Source: Chitinophaga niabensis
Lineage (GTDB): Bacteria > Bacteroidota > Bacteroidia > Chitinophagales > Chitinophagaceae
DNA: 64,000 nt
Assembly (NCBI GenBank): GCA_017849435.1
Contig: JAFIGY010000020.1
Location: 119,425 to 183,424 of the forward strand
Direction of reading: 5' to 3'
The position numbers and the translations under genes were made by a program. Positions 8,651-18,423 of the stretch are shown here, piece by piece (position 1 is the stretch's first letter; the number at the start of each line of letters is the position of its first letter). Under the pieces are notes generated by a model. It saw only the letters and a program-made list of their open reading frames with translations, did no database searches and was not told the DNA's origin.

Positions 8651-11600
8651 TCAGAATCCTGCGCGAATGGTAAATCCAAAGGAACGTGTCATGGGAGGCA
8701 CAAAGCCTTCTTCCTTGTTCACGCTTGTTCTGTTGGAATTGTTCGAGGCGGGATTGAAATGGTTCGGTAAAGTATTGTAGAGGTAGAAAAGATCACGGCC
8801 GATGAGGCTTGCGCTAAGGCTGGTCAGATGCAGCTTTGCGGCAATGCTTTGCGGCAGCGTATAATTCAGGGCCAGCTGGCGGAGGGATATCCAGGAGTTT
8901 TCCACTACCCAGTAATCGCCTACCGCTGTGGAAAAAGAACCGTAACGGTAACTGAATTGCGGGAGGTGTGTGGGCTCCACGTATCCTTTTTCATACGCCT
9001 GCCGGAAGGTCATACCACTTACGTCTACCTGCGTACCGTCCGGCTGTGTGATTTTCTGACCATTGTCGAACACACCATCGGGAATAATGCCATCGTCGTA
9101 GGTTTTGTTATCATATTTGCTTGTCCATACGATGCCGCCATGGTCTTTATCCCGGCCAAAAAGCGAGCTTTTAAAGATGCCGGTATGCGTGCCGTAGCGC
9201 ATGGAGTACATCACCATATCCCCGCCGATCTTGGCATCCAGCAGTACATTGAGGGAGAAGTTCTTATAGCGGAAGGTATTATCCCAGCTGCCGCGGAACT
9301 TGGGGTTGATGTCTCCCACATCCATCAGCACATTACTGCGTTTGGGGAATGCGGCGCGTGCGTCGGAACGCCAGTCCAGCACTACTTTCCCGTTATTAGG
9401 ATTATCCACCGCTTTACCGTTGGCATCCACTGCCTGGTAGCTTTTGGAATGAATACGTGTTCTGATGATCCCGTAAGCGCCGCCTACTTTGGCATAAGGG
9501 ATCTGATCATTCCCGGCGTTGTTCTCATCTTCCAGCGCATAGTATTCACGGTCGCCATACAGGTCGATCACTTTGTTACGATTTCGTGCATAGCTGACCG
9601 TTGAATTCCATTCGAAGTTCTTAGACCGGAAAGGCGTTCCGTTCAAAGCGATCTCCACACCTGTATTCTGCAGGTTACCGGCATTGATCAGCAGGTTGTT
9701 CACACCTGTTTCCGGAGCAGCGGGAATTTTGATGCCCTGGTTGTAGTTGTTATCCCGGTATACAGTTACATCGACCCCTAAGCGATCGTTGAGGAAACGC
9801 AGGTCCAGCCCCACTTCCTTGGCGATCTTGCGGAGCGGCTTGATATTCTTGTCCACCATGTAGGATTGCCCTTTATCATCCAGAACATAGGTCAGCAGCG
9901 GAATATTCCCGCCTCCTGCCTGTCCGAACCCACGCAGCGAAAAGCCGGGATTGATGATGAAAGGATCCACATCCCCGCCCAGCGCCGCAATGTTCGTGCG
10001 CAACTTACCGAAGGAAATGAATTTGGGCAGGTGGAAGGTTTCTGTGAAGATCCAGGAGAGGCTGACAGCTGGGTAATTGAAGAAATTATTGCCCGTGCCG
10101 TTAGTATATGTGAGTGCAGATGACCAGTCCCCGCGCCAGGTGGCCTGCAGGAACAATTGCTCCTTATATCCGAGGTCTGCGCTGGCGTAGATGGAGTTAA
10201 AGGTCTTCCTGGTTTTAATCCCCCCTTTTGCGATCTGCGGTTTCTGCGAGTTGTCCAGGAAATAGTTTCCGGGAAATATCAACCCGCCATCTGTTTCAGA
10301 GTAGTTATAGGATTGGGAATAGCGTTGCGTTTCACCGCCTACATAGCCATTGAAGGTAAGGTCTTTGGTAATAGGCTTGTTCACGATGGCCATCCATTTC
10401 AGGAAATAGCTTCGTTTGTTGGAATGGCCCAGTCCGTATTTTCCTCCTGCGGTATTATCATTCGAGCCGGTGAAATTGTATCCCTGCCCGAGTTCTTTCG
10501 TTTCATTCTGAATGGACAGGTTGCTGAGGTTCCCTTCCAGCTGTAGTTTCAGCCAGTTGGTCACATTGGCGTTGATGGTCAGGCGGCCGCGGAACATTTG
10601 CTCGTTCTGTAAATAATTGTTTTCAAAGATCCGGAACCAGTAATCCGCACCCGGCACCACATTGGTTTCCGCAGGATCATATACCTTCGGCACACCGCCA
10701 AGGGTGCTGGTATATTTGCTGCGCTGTTTCCAATACTTTGTATCGTAGTTGCGGGGGAATATCCAGATGTAATTGTTAAGACCCAGTTGCGGAGGGTTCT
10801 CTCCTTTCAGGCTGGTATAGTCTGCTCCTGCGTCGAGGGTGATAAAGCTGGTCAGGTTATGGGTGGCGCGCAGGGAGAAGGCATTCTTGTTCATCTTGTT
10901 CCGGAAATTGATCCCTTCTGCCTGGTTGCGGGAGTACGACAAACGGAAGGAGGACTTATCCGTTGCTCCATCCACTGCTACATTTGTTACATAGCCCAGT
11001 CCGGTCTGAAATGCATCCAGGTAGTTATTCGGTACAGCTTTATACTCCGTCCACGTACCATCATAGTTCCTTACTTTCTGGTTCGCGAATCGGGGCCCCC
11101 AGTTCTCCAGTTCCCTGTTCTTCTGCGGATCGATATAGGGTTCACCGGCGCTGTTGGTGGGAAAGACCTTCGTTTCCCAGTTCTGATCCGGTTTATAGCC
11201 CGGGTCACGGGTATCTGTGAAGAAAGCGCCTACCGATCCTCCTCCGTATTCATTTTGAAAATCAGGCCCGCGATAGGGTTGCTGTACATTGATGGTTTGC
11301 GACAGGCTTACTCCCCAACCTTTTTTCATACGGCCTTTCTTGGTAGTGATCAGTACCACGCCGTTAATTGCACGGGAACCGTACAATGCAGCGGCAGCGG
11401 AACCTTTAAGAATGGAAACGCTTTCAAACTCCTCCATGTTCAGGTTCTTCAGATCATTTCCGAAGTCCCGGCCCTTGCCGTCGAATGCATCATTATCCAT
11501 GATCACACCATCTATTACAAAGATCGGCTGGTTATTGGTGCTGAGGGTGGAGTTACCGCGGATAAGGATGCGGGAATTCCCGAACAATCCGCCGGAACCC

Positions 11601-12379
11601 TGATCAATACTAACGCCCGCGGCTTTCCCCTGTAATGCGTTGATCGGGTTCACTTCGTTAGTGGCGGCAACATCCGCTCCCTTTATTTCCGTCACGGAAA
11701 AACCCAGTGCACGTTTCTCTTTTTTAACCCCCAATGCCGTTACCACCACTTCTGCAAGCTCCTTTTTAGATTCCTGCAATACGATATCATAAGTCGCGGC
11801 ACTGCCTACCACCACTTCCTGTGTGGCAAACCCAATAGCGGAGAACACCAGCGTAGCGCCTTCTTCCGCATCGATCTGGTAACGTCCTTCTGCATTGGTC
11901 ACGGCGCCTTTCGCCGTTCCCTTCACGGCAACCGTTACGCCCGGCACCAGTGTTCCATCTGCGGCTTTCACCACACCGGTAATCCGTTTAAACCGGGCCA
12001 CAGGCTCATCTCCCGGGATCACCATCTTCATGCCGTTCCGCTGGATAATGATCTGGTTACCTACTACTTCATAAGAGACCTTGTAGGGAGCCAGCAATGT
12101 TTTCAGCACATCGCCGAGTCGTTCGTCTGCTACTTCAAGACTTACCTTGTTCGCCAGCGGTATGGTTTGTGAGGAATAGGCAAACTTCACGGCAGCAGCC
12201 TGCTCGATTCTGCCTAATACATTCTTGAGGTTTTTGTTGGCAACAGAAAGCGTGATCTTCTTGTCCAGCAACCCCTGCGCTTTTACACTCCTGGCGGAGG
12301 CGGCACTCATCAGTGCCAGTAACAGGCATAGCTTTAACAGCGCTACCCGCATCGTGAATGGAACGGTAATCATACGCAT
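8651..12379 (-). CDS. SusC/RagA family TonB-linked outer-membrane transporter with N-terminal STN signalling domain
   Basis: 1242 aa. Order is signal peptide, STN-like segment (LKNVLGRIEQAAAVKFAYSS...VSYEVVGNQIIIQR), carboxypeptidase-regulatory-like domain (ITGVVKAADGTLVPGVTVAVKGT), plug, then a beta-barrel ending FGFTIRAGF. Confidence 0.9.
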   Translation of the reverse strand: MRMITVPFTMRVALLKLCLLLALMSAASARSVKAQGLLDKKITLSVANKNLKNVLGRIEQAAAVKFAYSSQTIPLANKVSLEVADERLGDVLKTLLAPYKVSYEVVGNQIIIQRNGMKMVIPGDEPVARFKRITGVVKAADGTLVPGVTVAVKGTAKGAVTNAEGRYQIDAEEGATLVFSAIGFATQEVVVGSAATYDIVLQESKKELAEVVVTALGVKKEKRALGFSVTEIKGADVAATNEVNPINALQGKAAGVSIDQGSGGLFGNSRILIRGNSTLSTNNQPIFVIDGVIMDNDAFDGKGRDFGNDLKNLNMEEFESVSILKGSAAAALYGSRAINGVVLITTKKGRMKKGWGVSLSQTINVQQPYRGPDFQNEYGGGSVGAFFTDTRDPGYKPDQNWETKVFPTNSAGEPYIDPQKNRELENWGPRFANQKVRNYDGTWTEYKAVPNNYLDAFQTGLGYVTNVAVDGATDKSSFRLSYSRNQAEGINFRNKMNKNAFSLRATHNLTSFITLDAGADYTSLKGENPPQLGLNNYIWIFPRNYDTKYWKQRSKYTSTLGGVPKVYDPAETNVVPGADYWFRIFENNYLQNEQMFRGRLTINANVTNWLKLQLEGNLSNLSIQNETKELGQGYNFTGSNDNTAGGKYGLGHSNKRSYFLKWMAIVNKPITKDLTFNGYVGGETQRYSQSYNYSETDGGLIFPGNYFLDNSQKPQIAKGGIKTRKTFNSIYASADLGYKEQLFLQATWRGDWSSALTYTNGTGNNFFNYPAVSLSWIFTETFHLPKFISFGKLRTNIAALGGDVDPFIINPGFSLRGFGQAGGGNIPLLTYVLDDKGQSYMVDKNIKPLRKIAKEVGLDLRFLNDRLGVDVTVYRDNNYNQGIKIPAAPETGVNNLLINAGNLQNTGVEIALNGTPFRSKNFEWNSTVSYARNRNKVIDLYGDREYYALEDENNAGNDQIPYAKVGGAYGIIRTRIHSKSYQAVDANGKAVDNPNNGKVVLDWRSDARAAFPKRSNVLMDVGDINPKFRGSWDNTFRYKNFSLNVLLDAKIGGDMVMYSMRYGTHTGIFKSSLFGRDKDHGGIVWTSKYDNKTYDDGIIPDGVFDNGQKITQPDGTQVDVSGMTFRQAYEKGYVEPTHLPQFSYRYGSFSTAVGDYWVVENSWISLRQLALNYTLPQSIAAKLHLTSLSASLIGRDLFYLYNTLPNHFNPASNNSNRTSVNKEEGFVPPMTRSFGFTIRAGF

Positions 12380-12431
12380 ATTATTTTGGTTGACTTGAAT
12401 TGGCGGTTCTTCTGACGGAGGGGCGGAAAGA

Positions 12432-13490
12432 TCAGTTACATCCCTGCCCTGTTATATGGATCGTATCTTCAGTTACTTCATAAGTGGCGCCCAACACCTT
12501 GCACAGCACAGCCAGCTTGTCGTACAGCGATTCCTGGTCGAGAGATACGGTCACCCTGCATTTTGAGAACACGGCATGATCATATTGGATATCTGCAGCA
12601 TACATCCGCGCGAGCGTATCTATCACATCCCCTGCGGCGGCCTCATCAAAGTTCAGCACACCCTGTAAAGGCAACGGATTGCTCAGGAGCGCCATATTTG
12701 TGACATTCGTTTTTTCGAGAGTGTTGTTACTGCGGTTAAAAACTACCTGTTCATTCGGCAACAGGATGTAAGCCTCCGTTTCCGGGCGCTCCTTCCGCGA
12801 AACGGCCACCTTCCCTGACTTCACTGCTACCACAATCCTGTTCGCATCCGGATCGCTTTTTACACGGAAGCTGGTGCCTAATACCTTCGTCACAATACCG
12901 CCACTGTATACATAAAAAGGCCGGTCAGGGTCCCGTGCTACATCGAAGAAGGCCTCTCCTTCGAGCAGGACTTCCCGTTTGTTTGTGGGCGGGAGGCGGT
13001 TATAACGGACAGTACTGAGAGGGCTCAATGTGATGCGGGTACCGTCTGTAAGATAAATGACCTGCAGCCCCTTGCCTGTATTCCTGGCGATCGTTTCTCC
13101 CTTCTCATGCTTCTCCATCACAAAATAACTTAACGGAGCAGTGGCGGTCCGCGACAGCGCATACCACATGGCTCCCGCTCCCAGCAGCAGGATCACGGCC
13201 GCAGCGGTCAGGTACTTCTTCCAGGAAAGTTTTTTAACCGGCGTTTCCATTCCCACTGTTATCCGCTCCCATATCTGCGCTGCCAGTTCCGGGCTTCCTG
13301 CCTGCTCCGCTTCTGTTTCACGGATCATCACGATGATCTCCTGTGCTTTTTCGACCAAAGCAGGACGGTCCGGATGCTCCTGCATCCATTGATGCCAGCG
13401 GGCATCGTCCCCCGGTTGAGGAGCCGTGACCCAGCGAATGAATTCATCATGCTGCAACAGTGCTTCCAGTTCCTGTTTTGAATATGGCAT
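12432..13490 (-). CDS. FecR family anti-sigma factor / transmembrane sensor
   Basis: The preferred start is MPYSKQELEALLQHDEFIRW at 13490; the ORF-track start at 13547 is possible. There is a single TM helix (YLTAAAVILLLGAGAMWYAL) followed by a FecR periplasmic domain. The gene sits between the ECF sigma and SusC genes. Confidence 0.85.
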   Translation of the reverse strand: MPYSKQELEALLQHDEFIRWVTAPQPGDDARWHQWMQEHPDRPALVEKAQEIIVMIRETEAEQAGSPELAAQIWERITVGMETPVKKLSWKKYLTAAAVILLLGAGAMWYALSRTATAPLSYFVMEKHEKGETIARNTGKGLQVIYLTDGTRITLSPLSTVRYNRLPPTNKREVLLEGEAFFDVARDPDRPFYVYSGGIVTKVLGTSFRVKSDPDANRIVVAVKSGKVAVSRKERPETEAYILLPNEQVVFNRSNNTLEKTNVTNMALLSNPLPLQGVLNFDEAAAGDVIDTLARMYAADIQYDHAVFSKCRVTVSLDQESLYDKLAVLCKVLGATYEVTEDTIHITGQGCN

Positions 13491-13564
13491 GCGGAGAGAT
13501 TTTGCGCTTTTAATAACAAGTGTACCCGGGAAAGCCCGGATACTCATTTTTTGAAAACTTTTTT

Positions 13565-14146
13565 TTACGAGAAGAGGAAAGACAGGAGGATAATGCCGAT
13601 CTCCAGGTATTCCCGGAGTTGTAAAATGGCTCTGTGCAACAGATTGGCGACGGACTGATAATTCACGCCCATGATCTCTGCGGCGTCTTCCGTACTGCAG
13701 TTCTGAAAAAAACGAAGATTGATCACCTCCTGCTGACGCCGGGGTAGTTGTGCGATGGCGTGGCGGAGCCGCTCCTGCTGTTGCGAAGCCGTTTCCCGTT
13801 CCAGGATGTTTACTTCTATATTAAAGGGATCCATCTGATCAGGTACTTCCGCGTGGTAACGCATCCGCACTTTCGCATTCCGCATCAATTTATAGCGGAG
13901 CGCTCCGAGCAGATAAAAATGTATAGAACGGACAGGCTGTAGCTGCTCCCTGGAGCGCCACAGCTCCATAAAAAGATCCTGGATGGCATCTTTGACGATA
14001 CTCTGTTCACTGCTAAGTCTGTTACCATAAGCGATGAGCTTATGGACATGAACCTGGTACAATTGCGCAAATGCCTCCCGATCGCCTCTTTTGAAATCCT
14101 CCCATACTGTAAGGTCAGCCGAAGGTATTGTGTCGTGTTGCGGCAT
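13565..14146 (-). CDS. RNA polymerase ECF-type sigma-70 factor
   Basis: 193 aa with region 2 (AIQDLFMELWRSRE) and a region 4 HTH (STEDAAEIMGVNYQSVANLLHRA). It lies immediately upstream of the FecR gene. Confidence 0.9.
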   Translation of the reverse strand: MPQHDTIPSADLTVWEDFKRGDREAFAQLYQVHVHKLIAYGNRLSSEQSIVKDAIQDLFMELWRSREQLQPVRSIHFYLLGALRYKLMRNAKVRMRYHAEVPDQMDPFNIEVNILERETASQQQERLRHAIAQLPRRQQEVINLRFFQNCSTEDAAEIMGVNYQSVANLLHRAILQLREYLEIGIILLSFLFS

Positions 14147-14234
14147 TCTATTGGATGACAGCTTTCATCAGTAAGGTAGGCAATATTTTTAAAACCAATA
14201 GGAAGAAAAAAGACCGGATCAGAAAAGCCCTTCG

Positions 14235-15740
14235 TCATTTTAACCAGTCCTTCAGAATAGCAGCCTGTAATGAATTCGGTTGTGCGACCGGCCGGATATT
14301 GAATTGCTCATCGATATCCAGACCGGCATAAGCAAAGTACTTTTTGTAATCGATGGCCCTCACGGTGTTCGCATAGTCAAAGCACTCTGCCAACGAGGTA
14401 CCCGCTGTCTTCTCGCATACCGCGCGGAATTCCTGCTCCGTAAACCCTCTGCCGGCTTTCTGATAATACTCGCGGTACAAGGTCCGCATTACATCATCCA
14501 GCGAATACCGGTTTTTCGTTTCATGCCTGATCCGGAAATCCAGCAAAGCGCCCAGCACCGGGCCTTTATCGTAGTAAGAGATCGTTTGTTTACCTGCTTC
14601 TCCTGATCTGCCGAATGGACCGTCCGACCAGGTTTCATAACTTGCAGCAGCAGCTGATTGAACCAGTTTGCCGGGTTTTGATTCATAAGCAAGAATATTA
14701 GCCTTTAGTGCTTTGAATACATCTTCTGCTGTTGTAAGTCCTGCCCGTTTCAGGATGAGGTACTCGTAATAAACGGTGAATCCTTCGGACACCCAGAGCA
14801 GCCGGGTTTTGCTGCCGTGATCATAATCAAACGGCCCCAACTCAACAGGGCGGATGCGCTTTACATTGTAGTGATGGAAGTATTCATGCGCCAGGAAATT
14901 GTAGATGCGTATCTTTCCTTCCCTTGTATGAAGGCCATCTCCGCTGAAGGCTACAGCGGCACTGTTCAGATGTTCAATCCCGCCGCCGCCCGGACCAATG
15001 GCCAGGAAAGTGTAATGCTGATAAGGAATATCCCCGATGATCCCGGATGCTGTTTGTACGATCTTTTGCAGATCGGCCATGAACTGTGCACGATCGAAAT
15101 CCCCGGCCCTGTACGCTACAAAACGATGCCAGATACCCTTCACCGTAAAAGCCGGCAACTCTTCCAGCTTCCCCATCAGGATGGGGCTGTCATATAAAAT
15201 ATCAAAATCCGGTGCGCGAAAAACACCCTTCGTTCTATCCATTCCGCTTTCCACGACAGTCCAGCCTTCCGCCGGCCGTACGGATATGCTCACCGGCCGG
15301 CGAATATGCCCGTCAGGATACATGAACATCCCGGCCGGCGAGATATACGCCCGCTCTTTATCTGCATAATTAGCCGCTACGAAGGGACGTGTTGATCGCA
15401 CATCGTACTCCAGCACGAATGGCATTTTCTTACCGCCATAGATCATCCAGCCATTGTCTCCTTTCCGTTTCCATTGCAATGCATTGCCATGGGCATCCTT
15501 CGCATCAAAGTGCCGCACCTGGTCCGCATAATGCATGAGCTGGTAATATCCTGGCGTCCAGGCAGGCAGTTTGAACAGCAGGGAGTCTCCTGCAAAACCG
15601 CTGGCCTCCAGCTTTACATGGAAATAGGGCGTATCGGCCATTTCAACAGAAACGGTGTAATGCATTTTACCTTTCTGCCGGCTGTAGGCCAGCAGGCCCG
15701 GTAACATGCAGAGGCATAAGATGAGGTATATTTTTCGCAT
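14235..15740 (-). CDS. M61 family metallopeptidase (glycyl aminopeptidase-like), secreted
   Basis: Signal peptide present. Zinc motif LAHEYFHHYNVKRIRP (HExxH) and downstream VSEGFTVYYE are typical of M61. The start is 3 nt after the stop of the GH127 gene. Confidence 0.8.
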   Translation of the reverse strand: MRKIYLILCLCMLPGLLAYSRQKGKMHYTVSVEMADTPYFHVKLEASGFAGDSLLFKLPAWTPGYYQLMHYADQVRHFDAKDAHGNALQWKRKGDNGWMIYGGKKMPFVLEYDVRSTRPFVAANYADKERAYISPAGMFMYPDGHIRRPVSISVRPAEGWTVVESGMDRTKGVFRAPDFDILYDSPILMGKLEELPAFTVKGIWHRFVAYRAGDFDRAQFMADLQKIVQTASGIIGDIPYQHYTFLAIGPGGGGIEHLNSAAVAFSGDGLHTREGKIRIYNFLAHEYFHHYNVKRIRPVELGPFDYDHGSKTRLLWVSEGFTVYYEYLILKRAGLTTAEDVFKALKANILAYESKPGKLVQSAAAASYETWSDGPFGRSGEAGKQTISYYDKGPVLGALLDFRIRHETKNRYSLDDVMRTLYREYYQKAGRGFTEQEFRAVCEKTAGTSLAECFDYANTVRAIDYKKYFAYAGLDIDEQFNIRPVAQPNSLQAAILKDWLK

Positions 15741-15743
15741 ATG

Positions 15744-18167
15744 CTATTGTACGATCCATTCATGTATCCCGGCGGAATTATCCGCGGGCAGTTGCACTTC
15801 CAGTCTTAATGCAGTGGTGGTCACCGGTTCGAAATACACCGTATCATATCCGTCTTTTGTAATGCGGTATGGACCTGTATGCTTTACCGGTATCCAGTCG
15901 TTCCCTTTCCGGTAGTACAATTTCCAGGATGCCGGAATGCGGCAACCGCCCCAGGGGCCATCATCATACCAATATACACTCGATCGGGAAATAGTACAAG
16001 CGGTATCAAAATCATACTGCACCCATTCCAGGGAATTCTTTTTAGGCCACCAATGGAGATAAGCCGCGCTGTTGTCCCGCGAGTCCGCCGGTTCATACTG
16101 GTCGTTCAAGGCCCTGTACATACGGGCGTTCTGCACGGAGGCGTTTACCTTTGCGCGGGAAGCGATGGTGGGTGCAGGTTTCGGCCTTGCTGCAGAAGGC
16201 TCGCCGGGTATCCAGACCGTCATTTCACCGGGCCCGCGGTTTGCCCAGGCATAGTATGGAATGGCCGTGACAATCTGCTCTGAATATAAAAGTTCATTGC
16301 TGTTCAATTGCCTTTTGGTAGAAGAGCCCTTCATTTCCAGTACCGTTATTCCATTCAGTAAGGCAGGTTTACAGACGGCTTTCACCGTTGCATTTTTATC
16401 TACAACGATATTTTGCACTGTACTGTCCCGGTTATCCGCCCCCTCGAGGCAATACACCAACGGCCCCCGTTGCAGGGCAAAGCGATACCGGTCATCCTTC
16501 ACCCGGTCGTTCGCCAGCACTTTTGTTACTTCCATCGGAAGTTGCAAAGTTACCTTATCTCCTTTCCGCCAGCTGCGGCGTATTACGGCGTATCCTTTTT
16601 CCACCGGGTAAGCGTAAGGCTTATTATTTAAGTGTATCATTACTTTTCCGGCAGGGGTCGTTTGATCGTGATAGAGATCGCCTGGCACGGGGTTGTGCAA
16701 AGCCCATCCGGGAATACGGATCCGGAGCGTGAAAACCGCCGCCTTCTCCGGGTTTACGATAATCTCATCTTTTCCATCCCAGGGATAATCGGTGTGCTGT
16801 GTGATGCGGATGGCAGCCGCCGGTAAAGTGATGTTCGCCGTATTGCCCGCAAATAAGTTGATGTAGAGATCATTTTCCCGTTGGGCGTAGATATATCCCG
16901 GCATGGAAGGCAGGAAGCGGGTCATGTTGGAAATGCAGCAGGCACATCCGAACCATGCACTGCGTTGATGCTGCCCCACGGAAGCCAGCGGGTTCGGGTA
17001 GAAAAAACGGTCGCCGCTCAGTGATACGCCCGACAGCAAACCGTTGTACAGTGTACGTTCCAGCACATCCACATACTTTGCATCCCCATGCAGCAGGAAC
17101 ATACGGCTGTTCCAATATACATTCGCGATGGCGGCGCATGTTTCCGCATAAGCGCTCATGTTCGGCAGCTCATATGCTTTTCCGAAAGCCTCGCCTGCAC
17201 CTGTTGCACCGATACCGCCGGTGATGTAGAGTTTCTTTTGCACCACGTCCTGCCAGATATCATCGATGGCGTGAAGGTAATCCCCATTGCCGGTGAGTGC
17301 GGCTACATCGGCCATCCCTGTGTACATATAGGCCGCTCTGACGGCGTGGCCCACCGCTTCGTGCTGGTCTGTTACTTTTTTGTGTGCCTGGTTGTATTCC
17401 TGGCTGTAGGGTTTTCCCGGCCCTCTTACATCCAGAAAGAACTTTGCGAGATTGAGGTACTTTGTGTTACCAGTCACTCTGTACAGTTTCGTCAGCCCCG
17501 TTTCCACGATCTGGTGGCCGGGAAAACGTTCCGTCTTTCCAAAACCGAAATCATGCACCAGCAGATCCGCATTCCTGATGGCAACATCCAGAAGGGTTTT
17601 CTTTCCCGTTGCCTGGTAATGCGCAACAGCCGCTTCGAAGAGATGGCCGGAATTATACAACTCGTGGCTGAGGTCTTCTTCCTTCTCCCATCGCTTTGAG
17701 CCGATCCAGGGATGCGGCTTTGCGGCTTTCACGGTGCGGAATGTATAGAGATAGCCATCCGGTTCCTGAGCGGCGGCAATGTAAGCGATCAGCGTATCCA
17801 GGTATTTTTCGAGCGCCGGGTTCTGCTGTACCTGCAGACTGTAGGAGGCGCCTTCAATAACTTTATAAAGGTCCGTATCATCAAAAGTGAATTCCGTCAG
17901 CTGGTCTCCCGGAAGCTTTCCCGCAGCTCGCAGAAAATTATCTATCCGGCCGGTTTTCCGGCATTGTTCCAGCGTATAAGGGATGGTAACGTCTGCATTG
18001 ACTTTTATTTTCGGCGCCCAGAAACGATCCGAAACCTTCACCTGCGTGAACGCCACCGGCAGGATCGGGTAATCCCGTTCCGGCACAAGTTGCTGTGCTT
18101 CTGCCTGTACCATACCCCATAACAGGAAAGGTATTATCAGTCTTATAATTGTCATCCTGACCTGCAT
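15744..18167 (-). CDS. Glycoside hydrolase family 127 (beta-L-arabinofuranosidase, DUF1680) with C-terminal discoidin-like domain, secreted
   Basis: 807 aa with signal peptide MQVRMTIIRLIIPFLLWGMVQAEA. The GH127 Zn/catalytic motifs AETCA (E-x-C) and FGCACCISN (C-C) are present, as is RIRIPGWA. The C-terminal roughly 130 aa form a beta-sandwich-like domain (WVQYDF...GIHEW). Confidence 0.85.
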   Translation of the reverse strand: MQVRMTIIRLIIPFLLWGMVQAEAQQLVPERDYPILPVAFTQVKVSDRFWAPKIKVNADVTIPYTLEQCRKTGRIDNFLRAAGKLPGDQLTEFTFDDTDLYKVIEGASYSLQVQQNPALEKYLDTLIAYIAAAQEPDGYLYTFRTVKAAKPHPWIGSKRWEKEEDLSHELYNSGHLFEAAVAHYQATGKKTLLDVAIRNADLLVHDFGFGKTERFPGHQIVETGLTKLYRVTGNTKYLNLAKFFLDVRGPGKPYSQEYNQAHKKVTDQHEAVGHAVRAAYMYTGMADVAALTGNGDYLHAIDDIWQDVVQKKLYITGGIGATGAGEAFGKAYELPNMSAYAETCAAIANVYWNSRMFLLHGDAKYVDVLERTLYNGLLSGVSLSGDRFFYPNPLASVGQHQRSAWFGCACCISNMTRFLPSMPGYIYAQRENDLYINLFAGNTANITLPAAAIRITQHTDYPWDGKDEIIVNPEKAAVFTLRIRIPGWALHNPVPGDLYHDQTTPAGKVMIHLNNKPYAYPVEKGYAVIRRSWRKGDKVTLQLPMEVTKVLANDRVKDDRYRFALQRGPLVYCLEGADNRDSTVQNIVVDKNATVKAVCKPALLNGITVLEMKGSSTKRQLNSNELLYSEQIVTAIPYYAWANRGPGEMTVWIPGEPSAARPKPAPTIASRAKVNASVQNARMYRALNDQYEPADSRDNSAAYLHWWPKKNSLEWVQYDFDTACTISRSSVYWYDDGPWGGCRIPASWKLYYRKGNDWIPVKHTGPYRITKDGYDTVYFEPVTTTALRLEVQLPADNSAGIHEWIVQ

Positions 18168-18187
18168 TAAAATGATTCTTCCGGATA

Positions 18188-18195
18188 CAAATTTA
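18188..18195 (-). promoter_or_regulatory. Bacteroidota -7 promoter box for the GH127-M61 string
   Basis: Forward CAAATTTA reads TAAATTTG on the minus strand, 21 nt upstream of the start at 18167. Confidence 0.4.
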
Positions 18196-18362
18196 ATACT
18201 GTTCCGTCATGTCGGTTTTATCTATTTTGACAGGCTCTTATTAAATTTTATCTTTTCCTGCCGGTCTTTTATCGTGGATATCAAATAAAACATTAAGCGT
18301 CATATTGATATTTATTATCCTAAATATTTCCGCAAATGAACGCTGTAAAATATTAGCAATAC

Positions 18363-18378
18363 CGGTTAATAATTGAAA
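18363..18378 (+). promoter_or_regulatory. Shared 16-nt motif CGGYYAATAATTGAAA, copy 1 (upstream of permease)
   Basis: CGGTTAATAATTGAAA. A TAnnTTTAAG box (TAGCTTTAAG, 18401-18410) begins exactly 38 nt downstream of the motif start. The same arrangement recurs at 21093. Confidence 0.4.
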
Positions 18379-18423
18379 AGCCTTCTCCCTTGCGGTTATT
18401 TAGCTTTAAGTAACTATTCGCTT

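Noticed and set aside
7861-8673. 270-aa ORF on the plus strand; similar ones at 8828-9604 and 10787-11635
   Set aside because: All lie antisense within the SusD and SusC genes, whose own translations carry clear family features.
12380-12431. ECF-sigma-dependent promoter upstream of susC
   Set aside because: I looked for a GAAC-type -35 and a CGT-type -10. Only a weak GAACC was found, with no convincing -10, so there is not enough to call a feature.
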